Assembly: GCF_003334305.1 (NCBI RefSeq)
Contig: NZ_QOWS01000005.1
Length of the DNA stretch: 64,000 bases
Reading direction: 5' to 3' (one strand)
Origin: Escherichia coli
GTDB taxonomy: Bacteria > Pseudomonadota > Gammaproteobacteria > Enterobacterales > Enterobacteriaceae
The notes under the pieces are model-generated. The model was not told the DNA's origin, did not search any database, and worked only from the letters and a program-made list of their open reading frames with translations. The position numbers and the translations under genes are program-made. Below are positions 47,743 through 64,000 of the stretch, piece by piece. Within the stretch, counting starts at the first letter, position 1. Each line of letters begins with the position of its first letter.

Positions 47743-47984
47743 TACAGCCCACATCTCTCTTGATTGATCCATTAACTTCAGGGGGTAAATGTTACTTAGC
47801 AATAATAGCTCCAGCAAGATTTTTACTGAGGTTTTTGCGATATTTAGCTTTTGTCGTTGGAAAATTCGCTATTTTTTTGACTTAAGTTAAACAACATCCC
47901 TTATTGCTGGCAGGTTATTAAACTGTTGAGCGTGGGTAAAGGATAGTGTCAAATAGCCATCATACTTCAATGAGAGGCAATGAC

Positions 47985-49025
47985 ATGAGCGACAACATCC
48001 GTGTTGGGTTGATTGGGTATGGTTATGCGAGCAAAACCTTCCATGCGCCCCTGATTGCGGGCACGCCCGGGCTGGAACTGGCGGTAATCTCCAGCAGTGA
48101 TGAAACAAAAGTAAAAGCCGACTGGCCAACGGTTACGGTTGTCTCTGAGCCGAAGCATCTGTTTAACGATCCCAACATAGACCTGATTGTCATTCCTACA
48201 CCCAACGATACCCATTTCCCGTTAGCCAAAGCGGCGCTTGAGGCGGGTAAACATGTGGTCGTTGATAAACCCTTTACCGTGACACTGTCACAAGCGCGAG
48301 AGCTGGATGCGCTGGCAAAAAGCCTGGGGCGTGTGCTGTCTGTATTCCATAACCGTCGCTGGGATAGCGATTTCTTGACGCTAAAAGGTTTACTCGCGGA
48401 AGGCGTGCTGGGTGAAGTTGCTTACTTTGAGTCTCATTTTGACCGCTTCCGTCCGCAGGTGCGCGATCGTTGGCGTGAACAGGGCGGCCCAGGCAGCGGT
48501 ATCTGGTACGATTTAGCACCACATCTTCTTGATCAGGCCATTACGCTTTTTGGTTTACCGGTCAGCATGACGGTAGATTTGGCACAGTTACGGCCCGGAG
48601 CGCAGTCGACCGATTATTTCCACGCCATCTTGTCCTATCCACAGCGGCGAGTCATTTTACACGGTACCATGCTGGCAGCCGCTGAGTCAGCACGGTATAT
48701 CGTGCATGGATCCCGAGGCAGTTATGTGAAATATGGCCTCGATCCACAGGAAGAACGTCTGAAAAATGGCGAGCGTCTACCGCAGGAAGACTGGGGCTAC
48801 GATATGCGTGATGGCGTACTTACCCGCGTGGAAGGTGAGGAACGTGTCGAAGAAACGCTGTTGACGGTGCCTGGGAATTATCCGGCTTACTATGCGGCTA
48901 TTCGTGATGCGTTAAATGGCGATGGTGAAAATCCGGTTCCGGCAAGCCAGGCAATCCAGGTAATGGAGTTGATTGAGCTGGGCATCGAATCCGCCAAACA
49001 TCGCGCGACTTTGTGCCTTGCATGA
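47985..49025 (+). CDS. ydgJ: Gfo/Idh/MocA-family oxidoreductase YdgJ
   Basis: ORF-track 47946..49025; start at ATG 47985 (346 aa, MSDNIRVGLIGYGYASKTFH) Rossmann motif. Confidence 0.9.
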   Translation: MSDNIRVGLIGYGYASKTFHAPLIAGTPGLELAVISSSDETKVKADWPTVTVVSEPKHLFNDPNIDLIVIPTPNDTHFPLAKAALEAGKHVVVDKPFTVTLSQARELDALAKSLGRVLSVFHNRRWDSDFLTLKGLLAEGVLGEVAYFESHFDRFRPQVRDRWREQGGPGSGIWYDLAPHLLDQAITLFGLPVSMTVDLAQLRPGAQSTDYFHAILSYPQRRVILHGTMLAAAESARYIVHGSRGSYVKYGLDPQEERLKNGERLPQEDWGYDMRDGVLTRVEGEERVEETLLTVPGNYPAYYAAIRDALNGDGENPVPASQAIQVMELIELGIESAKHRATLCLA

Positions 49026-49059
49026 AAAATGGATGGTGCAATTTGCACCATCCATTTTG

Positions 49060-50061
49060 TTACTTCGCGGCGACTTTTTCTCGCAGTGCGCGTTTTTCCT
49101 CAGCGCTGAGGAAAGCCATTTCCAGACCATTAATCTGTGCCTGGCGGATTTGCTCGCGGGATAACCCAGCAGCTGGCGCGGCAACGGTATATTCGTGAAT
49201 GATATCCACTCCCTGTACGCCGGGATCGTCAGTGTTAATGCTGGCACGAATGCCATGCTCAAGGAACGTTTTCAGCGGATGTGCAGCCAGCTCTGCTACG
49301 GTGCTGGTCTGAATATTGGAGGTCAGACAGGATTCAATACCAATTTGTTGCTCGGCGAGAAAATCCATCAGCGCCCGATCTTCAATGGCTTTTACGCCAT
49401 GTCCAATACGCTCCGCACCCAGTTCACGAATCGCCTGCCAGATGCTTTCCGGCCCGGCAGCTTCGCCTGCATGGACGGTAATATGCCAGCCCGCATCACG
49501 CGCGCGGTTGAAGTGAGAAAGGAACAGACTTCCCGGGAAACCAAGTTCATCACCGGCTAAATCAAGTGCGGTAATCTGGTCACGGTGGGCTAAAAAGGCC
49601 TCCAGCTCTTGCTGACAGGCGGCTTCGCCGAAGGTCCGGCTCATAATGCCGATAAGCTTCGCCTGCACACCAAAGGTGCGGCAACCTTCACGTACGCCAT
49701 CGATCACCGCTTCGACAACACCCGCTACAGGCAGCTGATGTGCCATTGCCATGTAGCCTGGTGAAAAACGCAGCTCGACATAGTGCAGGCCGTGACGGGC
49801 TGCATCTTCAATGTTTTCAAATGCCACGCGGCGACAGGCATCAAGAGAGGCGAGAACTTTAACGCCCCAGTCAAGTTTGGTCAGAAAGCTCACCAGATCG
49901 GGTTCGTTGGCAATGACCTGAACGTGGGGAATCAGTGTTTCCAGGGATTGTGCAGGAAGCGAGATATTATACTGGCGGCCAAGTTCAAGAATGGTCTGGG
50001 GACGAATGTTGCCATCAAGGTGGCGATGGATATCAGTTAATGGCAGGGTGGTATCAATCAT
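49060..50061 (-). CDS. add: Adenosine deaminase
   Basis: ORF-track 333 aa starting [28 protein letters not shown]. Confidence 0.95.
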
Positions 50062-50164
50062 GGTCGCACTCTTTTTCTGAATATAAAAGTGCGCACCATT
50101 ATAAAAACAAAGCAGGGTAAAAATCCACGATTGCGCAACGATTTTTTACGTTGCGCAATTGGGG

Positions 50165-51337
50165 TTAGCGAACAGCGCGGATGGCGTTTATTAATCCAGC
50201 CACACCTTTTTCCAGTTTCGAACGTGGGCAGCCGGCATTGAGACGGACAAAACCACGACCTTCTTCACCATAGGTATACCCCGGCATGATCGCGACTTTT
50301 TCTTGCTCGATAAGCGCTTTTTGCAACGCGTTGTCGTCAATATTCAACGGACGTAGATCAAGCCAGGCCAGATAAGTGGATTGCGGGATCTGCCAGTTGA
50401 GTTCAGGAAACGCGGCGTTCATTTTATCTGAGATATACGTCAGGTTATCTTTCAGATAGACGCGTAAGGCATCCAGCCACGGTGCACCTTGCTGATAGGC
50501 GGCGATATGGGCAGTTAACGCCAGTACCGAAGGGGAAGAAAGCCCATCACGTCCTTTCAGTGCCGATAAATAGGCATCACGGCTGCTGCTATTTTCTATA
50601 ATCCCGTAAGCACCGGTCAGCGCGGGAATATTGAAACTTTTCGAGCCCGACGTCAGCAACGCCCAGTCTCCCCGCGCCACATTACTCCAGGGAATATGCG
50701 GCTGCTCGCCCCAGACCATATCCATATGGATTTCATCGGAAATAACCCGCACACCATGACGCTCGCACAGGTCAGCCATGATCTCCAGCTCATCGCACGT
50801 CCACACTTTCCCGGTAGGATTCTGTGGGCTACACAGGAGCATAATTTTACATTCTGGTTTCGCCAACACGGCTTCCAGCTTGCCCATATCGCAAAACCAG
50901 TCGTCAGCCTGCTTCTCTAAAGCAACGGGCATTACTGTGCGCTGGTTACCTTCAATGGCCTTGTAAAATGCATCATAGGCGGGCGTGTGGATCACCACGC
51001 CTTCACCTGTTTCAGACCACTGACGAATCAGTTCTGAAACCATATAGATGACAGAAGGGCCATACACCACCGTCTGCGTATCAATTGCGGTGTAATGCTG
51101 GGTGGAAAACCAGTGGGCAATAGCCGCGAGAAACTCATCGTTTTTCCAGCGGCTGTAGCCAAATACGCCGTGCATCAGGCGCTGATTCAGCGCCTCGATA
51201 ATGCAGGGGGCAGTGGCAAAATCCATGTCTGAAATCGTGAACGGTAACAGGTCAGCAGTGCCGAAACGGTCAGCGACATAATCCCACTGTGTACACCATG
51301 TGCCATGACGATCCACGACCTTTGAAAAATCGAACAT
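50165..51337 (-). CDS. malY: PLP-dependent cystathionine beta-lyase / MalT-interacting protein MalY
   Basis: ORF-track 390 aa. Confidence 0.95.
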   Translation of the reverse strand: MFDFSKVVDRHGTWCTQWDYVADRFGTADLLPFTISDMDFATAPCIIEALNQRLMHGVFGYSRWKNDEFLAAIAHWFSTQHYTAIDTQTVVYGPSVIYMVSELIRQWSETGEGVVIHTPAYDAFYKAIEGNQRTVMPVALEKQADDWFCDMGKLEAVLAKPECKIMLLCSPQNPTGKVWTCDELEIMADLCERHGVRVISDEIHMDMVWGEQPHIPWSNVARGDWALLTSGSKSFNIPALTGAYGIIENSSSRDAYLSALKGRDGLSSPSVLALTAHIAAYQQGAPWLDALRVYLKDNLTYISDKMNAAFPELNWQIPQSTYLAWLDLRPLNIDDNALQKALIEQEKVAIMPGYTYGEEGRGFVRLNAGCPRSKLEKGVAGLINAIRAVR

Positions 51338-51346
51338 ATCTTATCC

Positions 51347-54142
<2,796 letters not shown>

Positions 54143-54253
54143 TCCTCTCTTTATCTGCTATACCTGGTAGTGTCCTTTCCTCAAGGTTAATGATAAAAAA
54201 TGTGGCACACAGGCGGTGCCTTTTATTTTTACTGAAGTTCACAGGAGGTTTAT

Positions 54254-55021
54254 GTGTTTAATTCTGACAACCTGAGACTCGACGGAAAATGCGCCATCAT
54301 CACAGGTGCGGGTGCAGGTATTGGTAAAGAAATCGCCATTACATTCGCGACAGCTGGCGCATCTGTGGTGGTCAGTGATATTAACGCCGACGCAGCTAAC
54401 CATGTTGTAGACGAAATTCAACAACTGGGTGGTCAGGCATTTGCCTGCCGTTGTGATATTACTTCCGAACAGGAACTCTCTGCACTGGCAGACTTTGCCG
54501 TCAGTAAGCTGGGTAAAGTTGATATCCTGGTTAACAACGCCGGTGGCGGTGGTCCTAAACCGTTTGATATGCCAATGGCAGATTTTCGCCGTGCTTATGA
54601 ACTGAATGTGTTTTCTTTTTTCCATCTGTCACAACTTGTTGCGCCAGAAATGGAAAAAAATGGCGGTGGCGTTATCCTGACCATCACTTCTATGGCGGCA
54701 GAAAATAAAAATATAAACATGACTTCCTATGCATCATCTAAAGCTGCGGCCAGTCATCTGGTCAGAAATATGGCATTTGACCTGGGTGAAAAAAATATTC
54801 GGGTGAATGGCATTGCGCCGGGGGCAATATTAACCGATGCCCTGAAATCCGTTATTACACCAGAAATTGAACAAAAAATGTTACAGCACACGCCGATCAG
54901 ACGTCTGGGCCAACCGCAAGATATTGCTAACGCGGCGCTGTTCCTTTGCTCGCCTGCAGCCAGCTGGGTAAGCGGACAAATTCTCACCGTCTCCGGTGGT
55001 GGGGTACAGGAGCTCAATTAA
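54254..55021 (+). CDS. hdhA: 7-alpha-hydroxysteroid dehydrogenase (SDR family)
   Basis: ORF-track 255 aa with GTG start; SDR cofactor motif TGAGAGIGKE and YxxxK catalytic motif (YASSK). Confidence 0.95.
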   Translation: MFNSDNLRLDGKCAIITGAGAGIGKEIAITFATAGASVVVSDINADAANHVVDEIQQLGGQAFACRCDITSEQELSALADFAVSKLGKVDILVNNAGGGGPKPFDMPMADFRRAYELNVFSFFHLSQLVAPEMEKNGGGVILTITSMAAENKNINMTSYASSKAAASHLVRNMAFDLGEKNIRVNGIAPGAILTDALKSVITPEIEQKMLQHTPIRRLGQPQDIANAALFLCSPAASWVSGQILTVSGGGVQELN

Positions 55022-55249
55022 TACACTAACGAACCGGTAAACAGCCGTATGTGTTGTTTACCGGGATAGCGTGTGCAATTCATCAACGTCTCTGCTAAAC
55101 AACTGGCAGCCAAATCACGGCTATTGGTTAACCAATAGCTGGATGAAAAGCATACGAATAGAGTGTGCCTTCGCACTATTCAACAGCAATGATAGGCGCT
55201 CACCTGACAACGCGGTAAACTAGTTATTCACGCTAACTATAATGGTTTA

Positions 55250-55840
55250 ATGATGGATAACATGCAGACTGAAGCACAACCGACACGGACCCGGATCCTC
55301 AATGCTGCCAGAGAGATTTTTTCAGAAAATGGATTTCACAGTGCCTCGATGAAAGCCATCTGTAAATCCTGCGCCATTAGTCCCGGGACGCTCTATCACC
55401 ATTTCATCTCCAAAGAAGCCTTGATTCAGGCGATTATCTTACAGGACCAGGAGAGGGCGCTGGCCCGTTTCCGGGAACCGATTGAAGGGATTCATTTTGT
55501 TGACTATATGGTCGAGTCTATTGTCTCTCTCACCCATGAAGCCTTTGGGCAACGGGCGCTGGTGGTCGAAATTATGGCGGAAGGGATGCGTAACCCACAG
55601 GTCGCCGCCATGCTTAAAAATAAGCATATGACGATCACTGAATTTGTTGCCCAGCGGATGCGTGATGCCCAGCAAAAAGGCGAGATAAGCCCAGACATCA
55701 ACACGTCAATGACTTCACGTTTACTGCTGGATCTGACCTACGGTGTACTGGCCGATATCGAAGCGGAAGACCTGGCGCGTGAAGCGTCGTTTGCTCAGGG
55801 ATTACGCGCGATGATTGGCGGTATCTTAACCGCATCCTGA
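55250..55840 (+). CDS. uidR: TetR-family repressor of the uid operon
   Basis: ORF-track 196 aa. Confidence 0.9.
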   Translation: MMDNMQTEAQPTRTRILNAAREIFSENGFHSASMKAICKSCAISPGTLYHHFISKEALIQAIILQDQERALARFREPIEGIHFVDYMVESIVSLTHEAFGQRALVVEIMAEGMRNPQVAAMLKNKHMTITEFVAQRMRDAQQKGEISPDINTSMTSRLLLDLTYGVLADIEAEDLAREASFAQGLRAMIGGILTAS

Positions 55841-56176
55841 TCCTCTCATTTCGCGGGCTGGTGATAACTGTGCCCGCGTTTCATACTTTAATTTCCCTGT
55901 ACAAAATACAATCTAGCCGGGATCGGAGAATTCCCCCCAAAAATATTCACCGTAGCCATATGTCATGAGAGTTTATCGTTCTCAAGATGCTCGAACGAAC
56001 GTTCGATTGCTTATTTTATGGCTTCTGTCAACGCTGTTTTAAAGATTAATGCGATCTATATCACGCTGTGGGTATTGCAGATTTTGGTTTTTTGATCGCG
56101 GTGTCAGTTCTTTTTATTTCCATTTCTCTTCCATGGGTTTCTCACAGATAACTGTGTGCAACACAGAATTGGTTAA

Positions 56177-59409
<3,233 letters not shown>

Positions 59410-59447
59410 TATTCAATAAAAATAATCAGAACATCAAAGGTGCAACT

Positions 59448-60713
59448 ATGAGAAAAATAGTGGCCATGGCCGTTATTTGCCTGACGGCTGCCTCTGGCCT
59501 TACCTCTGCTTATGCGGCGCAACTGGCTGACGATGAAGCGGGACTACGCATCAGACTGAAAAACGAATTGCGCAGGGCGGATAAGCCCAGTGCTGGCGCG
59601 GGAAGAGATATTTACGCATGGGTACAGGGAGGATTGCTCGATTTCAATAGTGGTTATTATTCCAATATTATTGGCGTTGAAGGCGGGGCGTATTATGTTT
59701 ATAAATTAGGTGCTCGTGCTGATATGAGTACCCGGTGGTATCTTGATGGTGATAAAAGTTTTGGCTTTGCCCTGGGGGCAGTAAAAATAAAACCCAGTGA
59801 AAATAGCCTGCTTAAATTAGGTCGCTTCGGGACGGATTATAGTTATGGTAGCTTACCTTATCGTATTCCGTTAATGGCTGGCAGTTCGCAACGTACATTA
59901 CCGACAGTTTCTGAAGGAGCATTAGGTTATTGGGCTTTAACACCAAATATTGATCTGTGGGGAATGTGGCGTTCACGAGTATTTTTATGGACTGATTCAA
60001 CAACCGGTATTCGTGATGAAGGGGTGTATAACAGCCAGACGGGAAAATACGATAAACATCGCGCACGTTCTTTTTTAGCCGCCAGTTGGCATGATGATAC
60101 CAGTCGCTATTCTCTGGGGGCATCGGTACAGAAAGATGTTTCCAATCAGATACAAAGTATTCTCGAGAAAAGCATACCGCTCGACCCGAATTATACGTTG
60201 AAAGGGGAGTTGCTCGGCTTTTACGCGCAGCTCGAAGGTTTAAGTCGTAATACCAGCCAGCCCAATGAAACGGCGTTGGTTAGTGGACAATTGACCTGGA
60301 ATGCGCCGTGGGGAAGCGTATTTGGCAGTGGTGGTTATTTGCGCCATGCAATGAATGGTGCCGTGGTGGATACCGACATTGGCTATCCCTTTTCATTAAG
60401 TCTTGATCGTAACCGTGAAGGAATGCAGTCCTGGCAATTGGGCGTCAACTATCGTTTAACGCCGCAATTTACACTGACATTTGCACCGATTGTGACTCGC
60501 GGCTATGAATCCAGTAAACGAGATGTGCGGATTGAAGGCATGGGTATCTTAGGTGGTATGAACTATCGGGTCAGCGAAGGGCCGTTACAAGGGATGAATT
60601 TCTTTCTTGCTGCCGATAAAGGGCGGGAAAAGCGCGATGGCAGTACGCTGGGCGATCGCCTGAATTACTGGGATGTGAAAATGAGTATTCAGTATGACTT
60701 TATGCTGAAGTAA
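59448..60713 (+). CDS. uidC: Outer-membrane glucuronide porin-like protein
   Basis: ORF-track 421 aa with signal peptide; C-terminal residue F typical of beta-barrel proteins. Confidence 0.9.
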   Translation: MRKIVAMAVICLTAASGLTSAYAAQLADDEAGLRIRLKNELRRADKPSAGAGRDIYAWVQGGLLDFNSGYYSNIIGVEGGAYYVYKLGARADMSTRWYLDGDKSFGFALGAVKIKPSENSLLKLGRFGTDYSYGSLPYRIPLMAGSSQRTLPTVSEGALGYWALTPNIDLWGMWRSRVFLWTDSTTGIRDEGVYNSQTGKYDKHRARSFLAASWHDDTSRYSLGASVQKDVSNQIQSILEKSIPLDPNYTLKGELLGFYAQLEGLSRNTSQPNETALVSGQLTWNAPWGSVFGSGGYLRHAMNGAVVDTDIGYPFSLSLDRNREGMQSWQLGVNYRLTPQFTLTFAPIVTRGYESSKRDVRIEGMGILGGMNYRVSEGPLQGMNFFLAADKGREKRDGSTLGDRLNYWDVKMSIQYDFMLK

Positions 60714-60750
60714 AAAATAACGCCGGAGAGAAAAATCTCCGGCGTTTTGT
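60711..60750. terminator. Bidirectional terminator between convergent uidC and ydgA
   Basis: Stem CGCCGGAG / CTCCGGCG (60721-60744) flanked by AAAAAATAA and TTTTGT. Confidence 0.6.
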
Positions 60751-60757
60751 CTGTGAA

Positions 60758-62266
60758 TTACTGCTGCGGAATAGCGGGTACGACCGGAACATTTAATGCC
60801 GGCATTGCAAACATACCAACGAAATCTTCCAGTGGCATTTTCTGCCCGTTTAACGTTATCTGACCGTTAGCATATTGCAGGCTGGTGGTGATGGTATTGT
60901 CCTGCAAGGTGGTCAGACGGAACATCTGCCCCATTGCTGATGCACCTTCAACTTGCTGTTTCGCCAGTTTTTTCGCTTGATCTTCCTGATAACCTTCCAG
61001 CTTCGCTACCTGAGTCATAAACTCAGTTGCCATATCCACCGGAATGGTCAGTTTCGCATCCAGAGATTTAACCGAGCGGTCCACTTCCTGCGCCAGCGTT
61101 TGCGGCGCTTCTTTAGTCGTTGCCGGATCTTTCAGGAACAGCGACAGATTCAGCGCACTTTCACCCTGACTGTTTTTCCAGCTTAGCGGCGCGATAGTAA
61201 TCACCGGATCGCCTTTCAACATCAGCGGCAGGGCGCTAAAGAAGGCTTCCGTCACTTTCTCCTGATAAAGTTCGGGATTGTTGGCAATTTCTGGCTGTGC
61301 CAGCAGCGCCTGAGTTTGCGCGTTATATTGCTGGCTAAACTGATGCCAGGCTTCACCATCAATCTGGCCGACTTTTAAAGTCAGCTTGCCGCTGCCCAGA
61401 TCCTGATTCTGTACCTTCAGGCTGTTTAGCGAGTAATCCAGTTGGCTATTGATCGTTTTACCATCATTGACCAGATCCGATTTACCGCTGATCTCCATGC
61501 CTTCCAGCAGTGCCAGTTCTTTGCCTTCCACCGAAATGGTCATTTTTTCCAGTGACAGTTTTTGGTTTCCTACGCGCTCACCAAAACTTGCCAGCGTGCT
61601 GGAACCGTCGGTTTTCAGATTATTAAAGGTCAACTGCACTTTCTGGTTGTATTCGTTAACTGCGTCTATCCGACCACTTTGCGCCTCCCCGGAAAGGGAG
61701 ATAGCTTTGCCGTCTCTGTCCGCATTTAACTGGAACTCGCCGCCGCTAAAGGCGACTTTTTCATCCTTTTGCTCGTAATTCAGTGGCTTGAGTGAAATAT
61801 CGGAACTGGAATCACCGCTGTAACCAATGCGCGAGTTAATCTCAAAAGGCGTTTCACCTTTTGCCATATCAAACAGTGGTTTGCTTACTTCGTTATTAAC
61901 CAGCGTGGTTTGAATTGATGCCATCGACGGGATCAGGTTCAGTTTTTTAAGCTGGGCAAGCGGGAAGGGACCATGATCAACCGATTCGTTGAAGATGACG
62001 CTCTGACCGCTTTTAATCCACGGATTTTCTTTCCCGGCAATGGGTTTCACCAACAGTTGCAACTGGCTGCTGAATACGCCGCGATGATAGTTTTGATAAC
62101 TCACTTCCAGGTTGGATTCAGGAGCTGTCAGTTTGAGTTGCGCGTTCGCCTGCGCGACCATGTCTTCGAGATGGGTTTCAATCTTCTTGCCTGTATACCA
62201 TGCGCCGCCTGTCCAGACTACGCCTAGCGCAACAATGACGCCTACCGCTACCAGCGATTTATTCAT
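60758..62266 (-). CDS. ydgA: DUF945-family protein YdgA
   Basis: ORF-track 502 aa with N-terminal signal/anchor. Confidence 0.9.
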   Translation of the reverse strand: MNKSLVAVGVIVALGVVWTGGAWYTGKKIETHLEDMVAQANAQLKLTAPESNLEVSYQNYHRGVFSSQLQLLVKPIAGKENPWIKSGQSVIFNESVDHGPFPLAQLKKLNLIPSMASIQTTLVNNEVSKPLFDMAKGETPFEINSRIGYSGDSSSDISLKPLNYEQKDEKVAFSGGEFQLNADRDGKAISLSGEAQSGRIDAVNEYNQKVQLTFNNLKTDGSSTLASFGERVGNQKLSLEKMTISVEGKELALLEGMEISGKSDLVNDGKTINSQLDYSLNSLKVQNQDLGSGKLTLKVGQIDGEAWHQFSQQYNAQTQALLAQPEIANNPELYQEKVTEAFFSALPLMLKGDPVITIAPLSWKNSQGESALNLSLFLKDPATTKEAPQTLAQEVDRSVKSLDAKLTIPVDMATEFMTQVAKLEGYQEDQAKKLAKQQVEGASAMGQMFRLTTLQDNTITTSLQYANGQITLNGQKMPLEDFVGMFAMPALNVPVVPAIPQQ

Positions 62267-62288
62267 AATGATTATCCATAAAATGAAA

Positions 62289-62309
62289 TCAGGCGGACTG
62301 GCCGCCTGA
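62289..62309 (-). terminator. Putative terminator hairpin downstream of manA
   Basis: Stem TCAGGCGG / CCGCCTGA with 5-nt loop; minus strand followed by T-rich TTTCATTTTATGG. Confidence 0.5.
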
Positions 62310-62366
62310 AGGTGTTATAAGCCTTTAATAAGCTTAGCAAGAGATGTTAATTTTTTCAGTAAGCTC

Positions 62367-63542
62367 TTACAGCTTGTTGTAAACACGCGCTAAACGGCCG
62401 TGGCCTTTGACAGTCACCGGTGATTCGTTGGCGGCAATAAACGCTGATTCACCCGGTTTAAGCTGTAACTGCTGAGAACCTTTCCACAACGTTGCATCGC
62501 CTTCGACGCAGAACAAAATGGCGGCACTCTGCTGGCTAATGGTGGTTTCTTTATCACTAAGGTCATGCAGCGAGAAGGCAAAATCATCCACTGGAATCGG
62601 GAAGTCCAGTTCTGCACCTTGTTTCACCGGCTGGGTCAACAACTGGTTAGCCGGTTTGGCTTCGAATTTCACATTGGCAACCAGTTCCGGAATATCAATG
62701 TACTTAGGCGTCAGACCCGCACGCAGCACGTTATCGGAGTTCGCCATCACTTCCAGCGCCACGCCTTGCAGGTAAGCGTGCGGTGTTTCAGCGAACAGGA
62801 ACATCGCTTCGCCAGGATTCAATTTCACCACATTCAGTAACAGCGGGGAGAACAGGCCGCTGTCTTCCGGGTAAAATTCAGAAATTAAACGAATCGTTTG
62901 CCACGGTTCACCCTGCTGACTGTCGAGCGCCGATTTTAAAATCGCCAGCGCGCGGGATTTTTCTTCACCCTGCATATTCAACAGGCTGGCGAACAGTTCG
63001 CTTAAACGTTCGGCATTAGGCTGTTGTAAAAAGTGAGCAATTGCCGGATGTGCACCTGCGACTGGCTGGAGTAGGGAGACAATCTCGGAAAACTCACGAA
63101 ACGCGTTCATCGCAAGGAAAGGCGTCAGCGCAAAAACCAGCTCCGGCTTGTGGTTAGGATCTTTATAGTTACGCTCGGCGGCATCCATCGGGATACCTGC
63201 GGCATTTTCTTTGGCAAAACCGATTTCAGAATTGCGTTTGTTTGGATGAACCTGAATGGAGAGCGGCTGTGCTGCGCATAATACTTTGAACAGGAAAGGC
63301 AGTTCGCCAAAGCGTTTGGCAACGGCCTCTCCGAGCAGAGTCGATTTATCACTCTCAATCACATCACGCAGTGAAACGATATCTCCGGCGGCATTCTGCA
63401 CTCGTGAACTGCTTTTCGGATGTGCGCCCATCCACAGCTCGGCCATCGGCTGGCTGGACGGATTTTCCATACCATAAAGTTCAGTCAACGCCGTTTTGCT
63501 GCCCCAGGCATAGTTTTGCACTGAGTTAATGAGTTTTTGCAT
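62367..63542 (-). CDS. manA: Mannose-6-phosphate isomerase
   Basis: ORF-track 62367..63620; start at ATG 63542 (391 aa, MQKLINSVQNYAWGSK). Confidence 0.95.
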   Translation of the reverse strand: MQKLINSVQNYAWGSKTALTELYGMENPSSQPMAELWMGAHPKSSSRVQNAAGDIVSLRDVIESDKSTLLGEAVAKRFGELPFLFKVLCAAQPLSIQVHPNKRNSEIGFAKENAAGIPMDAAERNYKDPNHKPELVFALTPFLAMNAFREFSEIVSLLQPVAGAHPAIAHFLQQPNAERLSELFASLLNMQGEEKSRALAILKSALDSQQGEPWQTIRLISEFYPEDSGLFSPLLLNVVKLNPGEAMFLFAETPHAYLQGVALEVMANSDNVLRAGLTPKYIDIPELVANVKFEAKPANQLLTQPVKQGAELDFPIPVDDFAFSLHDLSDKETTISQQSAAILFCVEGDATLWKGSQQLQLKPGESAFIAANESPVTVKGHGRLARVYNKL

Positions 63543-63740
63543 GATCAATCCCTGTTTTAATGTGGAAATTAATCCCACTATTAAAGCAAGAATCCTACGG
63601 GAAGTAACCTGGAGCCGCAAAAAGTCGTACTAGTCTCAGTTTTTGTTAAAAAAGTGTGTAGGATATTGTTACTCGCTTTTAACAGGGCAACGGAACACCC
63701 GCCCAGAGCATAACCAAACCAGGCAGTAAGTGAGAGAACA

Positions 63741-64000
63741 ATGTCAAACAAACCCTTTCATTATCAGGCTCCTTTTCCACTCAAAAAAGATGATACTGAG
63801 TATTACCTGCTAACCAGCGAACACGTTAGCGTATCTGAATTTGAAGGGCAGGAGATTTTGAAAGTCGCACCCGAAGCGTTAACTCTGTTGGCGCGTCAGG
63901 CGTTTCATGATGCGTCGTTTATGCTGCGTCCGGCTCACCAACAACAGGTGGCCGACATTCTGCGTGACCCGGAGGCCAGCGAAAATGATAAATATGTGGC
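63741..64000 (+). CDS. fumA: Fumarate hydratase class I (aerobic), N-terminal part; 3' end outside window
   Basis: ATG at 63741 encodes [47 protein letters not shown]..., recognised as FumA N-terminus; open to window end. Confidence 0.9.
   Translation, partial: MSNKPFHYQAPFPLKKDDTEYYLLTSEHVSVSEFEGQEILKVAPEALTLLARQAFHDASFMLRPAHQQQVADILRDPEASENDKYV

Overview
This window reads as one contiguous, syntenic stretch of Escherichia coli core chromosome (K-12-like gene order, reverse-complemented relative to the usual map). It runs from the 3' end of ydhV through ydhWXUT, ydhS, ydhR, two tandem tRNA-Val genes, ydhQ, mdtK, ribC, cfa, punC/punR, purR, ynhF, ydhP, sodB, mepH, grxD, lhr, rnt, gloA, nemA/nemR, ydhL, ydhF, sodC, ydhKJI, slyA/slyB, anmK, mliC, pdxH-tyrS-pdxY, gstA, dtpA, nth, rsxEGDCBA, ydgK, cnu, blr, ydgJ, add, malY/malX/malI, hdhA, uidRABC, ydgA and manA into the 5' end of fumA. 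Gene calls rest on the supplied ORF track plus my recognition of the proteins and their order; no database search was run. I see no IS element, prophage, integron, CRISPR array, toxin-antitoxin pair or defence island, and I do not find a convincing previously undescribed system. The two sequence-level departures from what I remember of K-12 are an in-frame TAG that splits the efflux-like gene ydhK into two ORFs, and a 96-bp in-frame tandem repeat array in rsxC that gives a 708-aa product. Other points worth a second look are the poorly characterised ydhV-T oxidoreductase cluster, the barrel-less autotransporter-like ydhQ, ydhS, and the long AT-rich nth-dtpA intergenic region.
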